Below are positions 30,742 through 45,515 of a stretch of DNA of 64,000 nt, one piece after another. The notes beneath the pieces are model-generated. The model ran no database searches and was not told the origin of the DNA. It worked only from the letters and a program-made list of their open reading frames with translations. The stretch comes from Octopus vulgaris (taxonomy: Eukaryota). A program made the translations under genes and the position numbers. The DNA is taken from assembly GCA_951406725.2 (NCBI GenBank), contig OX597827.1, forward strand, positions 28,520,001-28,584,000. The letters are read 5' to 3'. Positions within the stretch are counted from its first letter, which is position 1. Every line of letters starts with the position of its first letter.

Positions 30742-30864
30742 TGAAATTAATTTATATATGTGTGTGTGTGTGTGTGTGTGTATCTATATATAAATATGTA
30801 TATATAATGTATATGTACGAAGTGTATATATCTGTATTTATATATATATATATATATGTTTTTT

Positions 30865-33010
30865 TTATATACGCACATACACATATACATACACACATAC
30901 ACACACACACACATACGTACATACATACTTACATACATACACACACACACACATGCACACATACACGCATGCACACATACATGCATACATATGCACACGC
31001 TTACATGCATGTACACACACATACATATATTTGTATCCAGGCGCACGCTTTTTAGTTGAGGGATTGATTGATGGAATTCGGGTTTTTTTGGTGTGGGTGC
31101 TTGTGAGTCCGCGGGCGCGCGCGCGCGCCTGGGATGTGACCGGCCCCATATGCGTGCGTGTGGGTGTGTGTTTGTGCGTATGTGTGTATGTTTGTGCATA
31201 TGTGTGTGTGTATACATACATACACACATACATGCATGCATGCACGCGCGCACGCATACATACCTACATACATACACTCACACACACTTACAAACATACA
31301 CACATACATACACATACATAACTACACACATACATACATACACACACACATACATACACAACATACATTACGCCCACACAACTCCAGAGGAAACCCCACG
31401 CACACACGCATACATTCACACACACACACACATACGTACACATACATACATACATACATTCATACTTTCATTCATACATACATACATACATACACACACA
31501 CACAAACATACACATACACACACATACATACATACACACATACATACACACATACATATATACACACACGCATACACACATACATACACACACACATACA
31601 CACACACATATACGCACATACACATATACATACACACATGCATACACACACACACATACATACGCACATGCATGCATATATACATACATACATACACAGA
31701 CACACACACATACACACATACACGCATGCACACATACATACATACACACACACATGCCCGCATGCACACATACATACATACACACACATACTTACATAGA
31801 CACACACTTACATACATACACACATACATACATACATACACACATACACACACACACACATACATACATACATACACACATACATACACGCACACACACA
31901 TACACACACATACTTACATACACTCATACGGACATACATACACACAGACATACACACATACACACTCACACATACATACATACACACACACATACCTACA
32001 TACACACTCGCACGCACACGCGCACACATGCATGCGCGCGCACACTCACACATACATACATGCATGCACGCATGCCTGTGGGGTCTGGCTTTATTTCGGG
32101 CGTACGTCGGAGCTTGTGCGTGTGTGCCTGTAGATTCGCATGCGCCCGCACCGCAAGAGTCTTTTCCATCAATCTTTCAGTTGCGAAGTATGTCCTTGCA
32201 TGCATATATATTCACACATATAAACATATAAACACACATATAAACCCCTACATTTGTACACACACGCACATACATACATACATTCACTCCCACGCACGTA
32301 CACACATACATTTACATATATATACAATACACGCACACACACATACACACGTACAAACACACTAATTCACATACACACCGACACATATACATACACACAA
32401 CATATACCTCCACGCGCACGCACACATACGTACACACATATAAGCACAGACACACACATACATACGCACACCAAAACATGCGCACACATACGCACGCACA
32501 CGCGCGAAAAACCCACAACCCCACGGACACACGCATATACATCCATTTACGCTTACACACACGCATACAAACGCACACATACACACACACACAACTACAC
32601 GCACATACTTACACACGCACACGCACACACACACAAATGAACCCACACATACATCCCATACTGCACACAACCATACATACACGCACACACATACATACAC
32701 GCACACAATTAGACATACGTATATATACACGCACACGCACGTACAAGCACACACGCACACATACACTAAGTTAAGCACAGTTACTCGCCATACACACAAA
32801 AAAACGCACACGTACACACACATACTACAACAAAACACACACACGATACATATACACGCACACACATACCTCCCTGGTTCTGACCTGTCTTTCTGACTTG
32901 CTAGTGTACCCCCACATCACTCCTTAATTCTACTACTGCCTGCTACTAGCCATTGTCCACCATACACACATACACACACACGCACACACCCACACACACA
33001 CACTTGTCAT
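30865..33010. repeat. ~2.1-kb degenerate (CA)n/(CATA)n tract
   Basis: Source of the His/Thr/Tyr and Val/Cys/Met ORFs. Confidence 0.9.
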
Positions 33011-33100
33011 CTCGCACACCTTTTTTACCATTCCCTTTTTGATATAGCTCTCTTGTTTTTAAAAACATTTTTCTCCATTTTTACCACTTCCGTCTTTTAG

Positions 33101-33400
<300 letters not shown>

Positions 33401-33406
33401 TTATAT

Positions 33407-33437
<31 letters not shown>

Positions 33438-34378
33438 TATACATTTATATATATATATGTATGTGCGTCTGTATATAAATATATTTATATTTATATATAT
33501 ATACATACATACATCCCTGTGTACACTTGTCGATGTCGTGTCGGTCGAGTAAATAACGTTCTTGTTTGTCTTCGTATAAATAATGAAGCTTCGATTCTTT
33601 CGCTGCTTCTGATACTGCCGCCACTGCTGTAGCTGCTGCTGCTACTCACGCTGTCTATCATATGAATGTGTTGCTACGTTTGATAGAAACAAGAGCATTT
33701 TAATAGAAACTTCTTCAAACATTGAACCTGTTTGATCCAAGCAACACAATTTAATATCATTTTCCAATGTTATCATATCTGCTAATAGTTCTCGGCCGAA
33801 ACGTTGCTCCATATATTTGTGGCTATATGCGAATGTTCGTACGAAACGCTGTAACTAATTGTTAGTATTTGGTTAGTGTTCGTTTATTATTTCGTTTTCC
33901 CTTTCTTCTTCTTTTTTTCTTCTTCTTCTTCTTCTTCTTCTTCTTCTTCTTCTTCTTCTTCTTCTTCTTCTTCTTCTTCTTCTTCTTCTTCTCCGTCTTC
34001 TTCTTGTTCTTTTTCTATTCTCTCAGATCAGTAATTTCGATGAAAATTCGGCTAACATCTTAAGGAAGCTCAATTTCTCCACTATTACATTTAGTCAACA
34101 TCGGTTCAAATATATTCCATCAGATGTTAATACGTAGTTTAAAGTTAATAGTATGAAGTTATTATAAGACCTCAATCATTCTCAACAGTTTGATCTTTCA
34201 CGCATAAACACACACACACAAAACACGCAAACATACACACACACTCAAAAACACGCACAAATACACATACGCACATATACTGTATATAACCAGAGAAAAA
34301 ATGAAACATCACAGTGAGACCCACACACATACGTATGCATATATACATGTATATGTATATCTATATATGTATATACAC

Positions 34379-34447
<69 letters not shown>

Positions 34448-35059
34448 TATATATATACGGATACACACGCATATATATGTGTTCGTGCGCACATGTGTTT
34501 ATCTCTATATATATGTATATATATATGTACGTGCATATATATATATATGTATGTGTGTATTTCCATGTGAGTGTGTGTGTGTGTGTGCGTGTTTTTGAGT
34601 ACAACGCGCATTTTAAACAGTCGCTTTGATGTTTCAGCGTCCATGCTTCCAGTTTTTAACTGTTTAACATCACGAGAATAAAAATGCGATAGCATCATTT
34701 ATGCCATACATAGATGGTATTTTATACATTTTACACACACACACACGCACACACAGAAACACACACATACATAGACATACCCAAATGCATGCACACACAC
34801 ACATACACACATCTCTATAATCATTTTCTTTCTCTTTAATATTTTTTGAATAACATTTTCAAACATTTAACCTCCTCTTGATACCCCCTTTTTCGCAGCT
34901 TTTGAACCAGTGATCGATATGATGATAATAATAATGATGATGATAATGATAATAATAATAATAATAATAATCCTTTATTGGCCCCTGAGACCTACCGTAA
35001 AACAGTAGCGTTGCAAAATATGTGATGTATTCCGATATATATAAATACATATATATATG

Positions 35060-35285
<226 letters not shown>

Positions 35286-35853
35286 TATATTTGCAAACAT
35301 ACATACATACCTATATGCCTACATACATGCATACATACATATATAGAAACATACGTGCATACGTGTATGAAAGATGAGTAAAACGTGTTACAACAGGGAA
35401 AACACGTTAAATATTTGAATACACTATCCATATGAAGCAACCACCAAGGATTTTAAGCCGTCCTCTATTGAGGGTCAAGGTACCTGATCACCATGCATTT
35501 TTTTCGTTTTATCTTCCCACTTCAGTTCTCTGCCAATACTGAAAAACTGCCTAATCTCACGTATTTCACCATCTGTACATGTTTCTTCAGAAATTTGATA
35601 AAAGGCTGAACATACTTTTCATCTTCGAGTTGAATTTTAGTTGCAAATGTGAGATAGCTTAGAGACAGACACATTGGCTCGGGAACAAGGATGCGGAAGT
35701 GTTCTTGCACCTGCAAAAATATGGGTGGCGGATGCGCAATAAAAATGTAATGAAAACTTCACACCAAATATAGAAATAGTTTTGGATTGATTGAAAACAT
35801 TATTTTTCTACTATTGGTTTCATTTTATTTGATTTATGCATAATTTGATTACA

Positions 35854-35927
<74 letters not shown>

Positions 35928-36076
35928 CTTTCCGCAGCTTCTAACGCTGGAGATGTACTATGATATCAGCTGTTCACTACTAGTGAACTAAGGTAACACC
36001 CCTTATTTTTCGAGCACCATCTGGAGTATTCGAACGGTTCCAAGCAGTGTAGTTTTCTGCAATTACTTCACCCTTA
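35928..36076 (-). mobile_element. 3' stub of a further R4/Dong-like LINE inside (ATT)n
   Basis: Minus LQKTTLLGTVRILQMVLEK* matches the C-terminal IQKIVLIGTAHILRKIL of the 54998-56610 copy. Confidence 0.7.
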
Positions 36077-36099
36077 TTGCATTATTATTATTATTATTA

Positions 36100-36190
<91 letters not shown>

Positions 36191-36203
36191 CATTATTATT
36201 ATT

Positions 36204-36239
<36 letters not shown>

Positions 36240-37093
36240 CTTGTTTTGTTTTGATATTAAGATTAAAAAACAAAATCAACCTTGCTTGTAAAAATATTTT
36301 GGACCTAGGCTTGCACCTGCTAAGCAAGTTACGTGCAGGCACTCAAAGATAGATAGTGTCCTGGTCGCTACTTGTAACCCCATAAACCCATTTCGTTGCC
36401 AAACAAAATGGCAATTGTTTAATTCTTATAAGGGAGTCGGTCAGCTGCCAAATTCCAGTATCAGTAATAGAGTCATTAACTCGTCCAATGCAAATATATC
36501 TCCTGACAAATATTAGACAATTCCCATTTCGGAGCAAGTCGAAATTTTGACAATTTTCCATAGAGAAATAGCAGTACATCAATGCCTTGTTTACCCATTT
36601 TGCAAAAAGTACCTCGGGCTGCTAGGTATGGTATTTCATATTGAATCCTTTCACTTCCAATATTATTCCTGCTTTTGGGAGGTGAATGAAATTTTTATCA
36701 TCTTTCCCATTCCTTTCGTATGAGTCTAAGTTCATAAGCTAAGTTACTAACTGTTTCATCAGCAATAGAGAAGCTGGAAAAGAAACGTTTACTTAGAAGA
36801 TCGTAAATTTAAAAACCATTATTGAAACTGCAAATGGTGAGATCTATAAGAAAGATGTTATTTTCTCTCTATGGATATTTTGTTCTCAAATACTCTGAAT
36901 TTCTCGAAATTTTGCCAAAAGATATTTGGATTTACCTGTTTACCTGCTACGCGTGATGATTTATCTGAGATTTGTATTCTACTTAGATTAACTGGTGTCA
37001 AATTGGTGAACATTGGTAACAAAATTCTTTCAATACTGAGGGCCTTATTGATTTCTGCCAGGATTTTTTAAATCCCCCTCTTTTTTCATCTGA

Positions 37094-37172
<79 letters not shown>

Positions 37173-37174
<2 letters not shown>

Positions 37175-37565
37175 GGCGCAGAAGTGGCTATGTGGTAAGT
37201 AGCTTGCTTACCAACAACATGGTTCTGGGTACAGTCCAACTGCGTGGCACCTTGGGCTAGTGTCTTCTTCCATATCCTCGGGCCGACCAAAGCTTTGTGT
37301 GACGGAAATTGAAAGAAGCCCGTCGTATATATATACATATATATATATATATGTGTGTGTTTGTGTGTGTATATATGTTTGTTCCCTCCCCCAACATCGC
37401 TTGACAGCCGACGCGGGTGCGTTTACATCCCTGTAACTTAGCGGTTCGATAGAATAAGAGACCGATAGAATAAGTACTAGCCTTACAAAAATAAGTGCTG
37501 GGGTCGATTTATAGACTAAAGCCTGTGCTCCAGCATGGCCGTTGTCAAAACGACTGAAACAAAGA
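37173..37565 (+). mobile_element. SINE family A
   Basis: Similar to 5168-5590. Confidence 0.85.
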
Positions 37566-38793
37566 AAAGTAAAAACGTATATATACCATAAAGGAATAGG
37601 GATTTTGAAACCGGACAGATACCTTCAGCTCGCTTGAAAAACTGTAGTGGTGACTCCTTGAATAAGCTGCATGGACATGGATAGATATACCCTGGATCAG
37701 CATATGGTGCAATTGAACAAAACGGATGCAACGGACGAACACATCGTAGGATATCTATGCAGTAAAAACACATTCGCAACGTGATTTCAAGAGAATGTAT
37801 TGTATATGAAACTGTAATAAGCATGCTTTTGAGGATGTATAATTCTCCGTTATATTTAATGTCTCGTATATATGTATGTATGCATGTATGTATGTATGTA
37901 TATATATAGAATAAACCTTTACATATATAAATAACGTGAAATACACGAAGGGACGAACATAAGAGACAGACGGGTCATTCAAAGTTTTCGTTCTTCAGTC
38001 AGAAACCGATTCATCATCGCAGATTTCGGCTATTTAATTCTGAGATCTGCTCTGAATCGGCCAGCCCCAGAAGGAAAGAATGCAACGCAACAGAGACGAA
38101 CATGAAACGAAAAAACTTTTTTGAAGACAGTAACGGTAAAAAACAAGGATGACACAGGCGCCCTACGGCTTTGAGACAAAAGGAGACACAAAAACAATTT
38201 ATCAGCAAGCGTGGAAAAATAATTACCTTTTCGGTGAAGAGACACATGTTGAACAAGCGGCCGTTGGCAACGGAATGGCTGAGGCAGCAAGTCGCAAGAG
38301 GGTAAGAGAGAGAAGGGGTAAGAGAGAGGGAAAGAGGGACAGAGAGAGAGGGGACAAAGGAGGGTGGAAGGCTGAGGACAGAAGCAGTGACCAAGATATA
38401 TATATGTATGTGTGTGTGTGTATGTGTGTGTATGTATGTATGTATGTATATAAAATTAGTATAAACAGCAGTTTGCGATGTTTCATCAAAAAGGAGATTT
38501 ATGATTGTCATTAAATGTAACTAGGATGTTAGGAAACATCTACATTGCTAGAAATAAGAGCTAAAATGCTCTAATTGTGTAGTTAAGGCACTTGAATGAA
38601 AACACATACACTAACAGGGCCCACAATCCTCTGAAAAATGCCGACCAGACGTTCTTAAGAATGACGTCAGTTTCGGCAATTTCTGTCACCACCACCATAT
38701 ATTTATATATTTACTCATGTAAATACATAAATATATGTATATATATATGTATATATATCTGTATATATATATGTATATATATATGTATATATA

Positions 38794-38839
<46 letters not shown>

Positions 38840-38934
38840 TAGATAGATAGATAGATATAGATATATATATATATATTACGGAGATGTACCTGCATAGCAA
38901 GTGATTTGATCTGAGATCGTGTGCTGAAACGAAA

Positions 38935-39230
38935 ACAATTGCAGCGTGGAAGGTGTTTGTAAGCCATTTCAGAAACACACGAAAGCCGTTCGATTCACTT
39001 CAACATTTAAGTTTAATTTGTCAAAATATTTTTGTCGCTTTAAGACCGCGACCTGTTCACTGATAAAAATCCGTGCTGCATCCGTGATGCAGCACGGATT
39101 TTTATCAGTGAACAGGTCGCGGTCTTAAAGCGACAAAAATATTTTGACAAATTAAACTTAAATGTTGAAGTGAATCGAACGGCTTTCGTGTGTTTCTGAA
39201 ATGGCTTACAAACACCTTCCACGCTGCAAT

Positions 39231-39233
<3 letters not shown>
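38935..39233. repeat. Perfect palindrome, 148-bp arms, 3-bp spacer (cgt), between TA-rich tracts
   Basis: 38935-39082 is the reverse complement of 39086-39233. Confidence 0.92.
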
Positions 39234-39298
<65 letters not shown>

Positions 39299-39299
39299 C

Positions 39300-39518
39300 A
39301 CGCGCGATTATATAATACTAATATTTATATATGCAATGAATAGATATATACGTGTGTGTGTGTGTATATAATAGTGCATGTCTAAATACCGTGTGTACAC
39401 TGTTTATGTGGCTACGTATGCTTCATTTATGCGGTTTGTAGTTAACATTATAGCATATGATAATAGTATAAATATATTCATGCATACATACACACACACA
39501 TACACATATATGTATGTG

Positions 39519-39551
<33 letters not shown>

Positions 39552-39606
39552 GTAAACACACATACATATGTATATATGTATATATACACACATACATATG
39601 CACACA

Positions 39607-39658
<52 letters not shown>

Positions 39659-39694
39659 TATTTATATATATATACATACTTATTTAGATGTCTA
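39300..39694 (+). repeat. Direct duplication, copy 1 (copy 2 at 40755-41134)
   Basis: Shared unique segments acgcgcgattatataata...gtggctacgtatgcttc...tttagatgtcta. Confidence 0.85.
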
Positions 39695-39754
39695 TATATA
39701 TATATGTGTGTGTGTGTATATCTTATTTTATTTATTTTTTATTTATTTCAATGT

Positions 39755-40510
39755 TATTTTATTTTATCTAGTTTCAGCTCACAAGCTCTGGCCATGCTGG
39801 GGCACCGCCATTTGGTGTTGCTACATGATTTTACTTCACGAATGCTTTTTAGCAATTGCCATTTGGTGAATGAGAGAGTTCGATGCAACTGCCCTCATCT
39901 GCACTTCCTGCCGTGAAGTTGGTTCATCTGGGACACCTGACAGGAAGAGATCCAGGTTTATTTTAAAGACATCCGCATCCACCCCATGCAGGTCTCTCAG
40001 GTCCTTCGGGAGGATATTGAAGAGCTGTGAGCCTCTGAAACCCAGGCTATCACAGTATCTTGTCCTACATCTTGATGGCAAATTTGGAGTCCTTGGCACT
40101 ATGCAGTCGCGCCCAGTTCTAGTATTTGTGTAACTCTCGATGCCAAACTTTGGGACAAGTCCTTCTAGGATCTTCCAGTTGTATATTATGGCATATCTTT
40201 CTCGCCTACGCCCTAAGGAATATAGTCTTAATCTCTTGAGTCTTTCCCAGTAGCTTATATGCTGCACAGAGGCTATCTTCTTCGTGTAGCTTCGTTGGAT
40301 CGCCTCAAGTTCTGTGATTAACTCGACACTGGATGGTGACCATAGCTGAGAGCAATAGTCAAAGTGGCTTAGGACAAGTGTCCTCTAGAGGACCATCATG
40401 GTTTCCTCGTCTCTTGTTCTAAAGGTTCTAAGAATCCATCCGGTCAGCCGCCGCCACCCATATCATTGGCAATTTAGCAACATGCACATGAAAGGTCGCA
40501 TCATTACTCA
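39755..40510 (-). mobile_element. CR1/L2-group LINE 3' fragment
   Basis: ILRTFRTRD..LVLSHFDYCSQLWSP..LEAIQR..SYWERLKRLRLYSL.RRRER..KIL..LFNILP..FK..LD. Confidence 0.85.
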
Positions 40511-40539
40511 AGTAAATATATAAATATATGTATATATAT

Positions 40540-40714
40540 TTCAAAATGTGTCCTCGTGTGTACAGTTGGCGAATTTTTTTCCTATGTCTTCCATTCTCTG
40601 GATCTTTCCTTCTCCTATTTTTCCGACGAAGAGCTTTCCTGAGCGTCTAATAATACTATATTTGTTCCACGTCCTCGCGTCGTTGTGTTTTTTGTGCTTT
40701 CTTATTTGGATTAA

Positions 40715-40717
<3 letters not shown>
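40540..40717 (+). mobile_element. Minimal-hammerhead element copy with internal deletion
   Basis: Matches 4239-4445; lacks the GAAAC half. Confidence 0.7.
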
Positions 40718-40751
<34 letters not shown>

Positions 40752-40963
40752 TAGACGCGCGATTATATAATATTAATATTTATATATGCAATGAATAGAT
40801 ATATACGTGTGTGTATATATAAGAGTGCATGTCTAAATACTGTGTGTAAACTGTTTATGTGGCTACGTATGCTTCCTTTATGCGGTTTGTAGTTAACATT
40901 ATAGCGTATGATAATAGTATAAATATATTCATGCATACATACACACCCACATACACATATATG

Positions 40964-41023
<60 letters not shown>

Positions 41024-41180
41024 CACATACATATGTATATATGTATATATACACACATACATATGCACACACGCACATATATATATATATATACATATAT
41101 ATTTATATATATATACATAATATTTAGATGTCTATATATATATATATATGTATGTATGTATGTGTGTATGTATGTATGTA

Positions 41181-41403
41181 TTCTCTTTTACTCTTTTACT
41201 TGTTTCAGTCATTTGGCTGTGGCCATGCTGGAGCACCGCCTTTAGTCGAGCAAATCGACCCCGGGACTTATTCTTTGTAAGCCCAGTACTTATTCTATCG
41301 GTCTCATTTGTCGAACCGCTAAGAGACGGGGACGTAAACACACCAGCATCGGTTGTCAAGTAATGCTAGGGGGACAAACACAGACACACAAACACACACA
41401 CAT

Positions 41404-41456
<53 letters not shown>

Positions 41457-41592
41457 TACCACAGGCTTCTTTCAATTTCCGTCTCCCAAATCCACTCACA
41501 AGGCATTGGTTGGCCCGGGGCTATAGCAGAAAACAGTTGCCTAAGATGCCATGCAGTGGGACAGAACCCGGAACCATGTGGTTGGTTAGCAA
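41181..41592 (-). mobile_element. SINE family A
   Basis: Reverse complement of 5168-5590. Confidence 0.9.
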
Positions 41593-42666
41593 GCTATTTA
41601 CCACACAGCCACTCGTATGTATGTATGTATGTATGTATGTATGTATGTATGTATGTATGTATAGCTGCATACGAATTTCTGTGTATGTGTTTAAGTATTT
41701 ATGTATGTGTATAGTAATCAAATGCAAGTCTTCCATTTAGCATGCATTAAACTAGTACCAGCTCATAGAAGATATTAGCTTTATATCCGATTAACGCCAT
41801 CATATACATACACCCACAAAAATAAATAAGTATATCAAAGGTAAATGGAATTTCTATAAAGTATTTTTCGTTCCCAGGAAGTACATCGCTTTTATCTTCA
41901 TTTATCTATTAACTTAAATCTAACTGAAATACTAAACCATAAAATTTCACCAGCTGTGAAAATTGTACTAATTATGTTTTCTAGTCTTAGTCAAAGAAAT
42001 TTATATCTAAAATAAAATAGAATAAATAAAATAATACCAAAAAAGGTTGTTGTGATTGTGAGTCAGTGTTACCATCGAAAAATTGCTTCTGTTTGTAAAG
42101 CTAATAATACCAATAGGAAATATCGTACTCGAAATGTGATTGGTTAGTCATTGCCCAAGTTTACAGCCTGGCATTCACTATTTTCTCTAAAGTTCTACGC
42201 TAACTTCTTTTCATCTCTGGAAGTGTAGAAACCAACATAGAAATAAACACCATTATATAATACCTAACATATTGGCCTCGTCTGTGAAAACCACAATACA
42301 ACTGCAACTTTAAAAAGTTGTGTTCTTTCTTTCTTCTTCAGCCGATTTCCATTTCATTGCCTCTTTTGAGCTTTTCCTTTCTGCCTTTCTTTCTTTCTTT
42401 CTTTTTTTTTTCATTGAGGTCGATATCAATAGCTTTCCCTTAGTTTTCCATTTCATGCACTTAAATTCTCGATTTGCAAGCGAACGTTTTTGTTGATGAA
42501 TACGTTTAAAGTAGAGAATTGCAAACCGCCGAGATTATAGACTTACAGACTACACTGTCGACTGAGGAATCTTTTGTCCCTAACCCGAAACGAGTAATGC
42601 ACTGCGGTGAGGGCAAGGCGCATAATTCTCAATTGATTCAGTTTACTATAAGATACATACATACAT

Positions 42667-42732
<66 letters not shown>

Positions 42733-42774
42733 GTGTGTGTGTATTTATACATATATATATATATATATATGTTA

Positions 42775-42807
<33 letters not shown>

Positions 42808-42953
42808 TTTATGCATATAGATATATACATATATATATATATATATGCATGTATATTTGAATATATATATATATATATATATGTAAGTGTGTATATTTAT
42901 ACACATATATATATATGTGTTTATACATAAATACATATCTATATATATGTGTG

Positions 42954-43009
<56 letters not shown>

Positions 43010-43060
43010 ATAAAATCAATATTAAATCTTTGAGCGAGAAGCGTGCAGTAGCAGCACGAA

Positions 43061-43432
43061 ATCGTGAAGTATGCTCGCCACCTAAATGTGGCAGTCTCAT
43101 AGGGGATGATGCTGCTGTTGTTTATAGCCCCAGGAGGACATCTCCACCAGCTGGCTAACGACACATTGTCTATTTTGCATTTGGAATGAGTTTTCATCGC
43201 TTGTTGGTGATTATCACACACTGAAGACGGGTTACTGCCCACATACCCGGGTCTGTGTGTATCACGTAAGGCTAGAGATGGGAACAACGATTTTTCCCTT
43301 CGCAAACACTAATCAGACATAGACAGTGTGTCGTTAGCCAGCTTGAGGAGATGTCTTCCTGGGGCTATAAACAACAGTAACATCGTCCCCTAAGGGCCCC
43401 ACCACATTTAGGTGACAAATATACTTCACGAT
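43061..43432. mobile_element. Retrozyme-like element locus 3 (diverged subfamily), inverted arrangement
   Basis: cacaca-CTGAAGA-cgggttactgccc-acatac-ccgg-GTC-tgtgtg (43215-43259); shares ccagct.gaggagat.tcttcctggggcta; ends cacgat. Confidence 0.75.
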
Positions 43433-43494
43433 ATTTATATCGTGAAGTATGTTCTTTTGGGGGAATAAATAGCTTTTATATTTTAATTCTTTCA

Positions 43495-43764
43495 CTCATT
43501 AGACTGTGGCCACGCTGGAGCACCGCGTTCAAGACTGTTTAGTCAACAAAATCGACAGCCATTTTAAGCCTGGTACTTATTATATCGATATCTTTTATCG
43601 AACCGCTAATTTACGGTGGCGTAAATACACCAGCACTGGTTGTCAAGCGATCTCACAAGGCACCTGTCGACAAAAAGATATAGTAGAATACACTCAACCA
43701 AGGTGTCCCGTAGTGGGTCGTAATCCTGAGCAAAATTATTTCCAGGCAGCCACGCCTATACACA

Positions 43765-43803
<39 letters not shown>

Positions 43804-43981
43804 GCGTAGCTGTGTGGGAAGAAACTTGCTTCACAACCACATGGTACCGCGTTCAAGCCCACTGCGTTGCACCTTAGTCACATGTCTTTTAATGTAGCCT
43901 CTGCCCAACCAAGGCCTTGTGTGTGAATTTGTTAGACGGAAACTGAAAGAAGACAGTCGAATATATACCTGCATATATGTG

Positions 43982-44026
<45 letters not shown>

Positions 44027-44163
44027 GGCAAATCAGAAAATAAAGAGGATACAAAACGACATACATCATCCGGCATTTGGGTATGAATAACTAGGTATAC
44101 TACCATCAGTATATTGGATATATATCCCCAGTTGACTGGTTTCCCAACCTCTAAGTCTCACAG

Positions 44164-44234
<71 letters not shown>

Positions 44235-44460
44235 CATATACAAATAGATAGATAGATATGTGTGTGTGAGTGTGTGTGCGTGTGTGTTTGTGTGCCCTGC
44301 CCCATCGCTTGACAATACGTGCTTAAATACCTGTAACTTGAGGGTTCGGCAATATAGATCGATAGTATAAGTACTAGGCTCACAAAAAATAAGTTCTTGT
44401 GTGCTTTCTTCGTCCCGAAACCCTTTAAGGTAGTACCCCGGCATGAAACAACTATAAGAA
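43495..44460. mobile_element. Cluster of diverged SINE family A fragments
   Basis: Tail (-) at 43495-43650, head (+) at 43797-43962, tail (+) at 44290-44460. Confidence 0.6.
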
Positions 44461-44568
44461 TAAAAGAATATATATATATATATATAAACGTATATATATA
44501 TATATATATATATATACATAGATGTAGATAAAAGTATATATATATATACATACTTATATCTACATCTA

Positions 44569-44620
<52 letters not shown>

Positions 44621-44824
44621 AAATAGAAAGATGAATAATCTTGTAGCAGATTAATCAAAAGTTTAACCGATACCTTGGTAGCAAAAATCACAGCAGAAAA
44701 CAGTACGGTTGGAGGTACAACCATATGGTGTTGCAACCGTGCGTTGGTGCGGATAATTGAAATTAAAATATTATTGGTGAATTGAAGAAATTGGGCTGAA
44801 CGAAGATTGAACAGAAATCGTTTT

Positions 44825-44915
44825 ATTTCATTCTACACGTGTTTCGAAAGGCACAATTTACCAAAATCCGATTGAATAATGAGACCATATTGTGCCTTTC
44901 TCTTCAGGAAGAAAT
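44825..44915 (-). ncRNA. Type I hammerhead ribozyme in PLE 3' region
   Basis: ttc-CTGAAGA-gaaaggcacaat...attgtgcctttc-GAAAC-acgt-GTA-gaa. Confidence 0.82.
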
Positions 44916-45515
44916 AGGAAATCCGTTGGAAAAAACAAAAACAGAACAGAGGCGGAGCAAAACAAATCGAACTAGGCTCCTAAGAGCCCATGGCAAAACT
45001 GTTTATCAGTGTATGTTGAGAACCGGTGGCTGAAGATTTTAACGGGTCAGGCAGCGGTCATTCATGTGGGTGAAGGTGTGTAGATGTTCTTTGTGACCGA
45101 GAATAAAGTTCTGACTATTTAAGGAATATTGGATGTTTTATAAGGGGCGAGAAAAAAACTACTTAGAGACATGTGTGTGTATACTGTTCTATATATGTGT
45201 GTGCTGGCGTAGGGGTAGAAAACATTTTTTGTGTACGTGTGTGCGTTTGATCGCTCGGCTGTCAGTGGTTAAGCCGCTCTCCACAATGGCTACTGCAGTA
45301 AGAACCGTTGGGTGGCAGAAAAAAATATATTATGTTTTATGTGTGTGTGTGTTCGTCTGAGCCTGCCTTGTCAAGGTAACCCCCCGTTGTCAAAAAACCA
45401 AGCCCCGTTTATCTTACAGGAGTAATTCCCCTTGCAGTGGTTAATCGTAAATATCTTAAAGGCTATTTCAGAATTTGTTACCAAGGGCTATGGGTGCCGG
45501 TATTATTTATAAACG

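Noticed and set aside
30741-33000. Long His/Thr-rich ORFs (e.g. 346 aa)
   Set aside because: Translations of degenerate CA/CATA repeats, open in many frames
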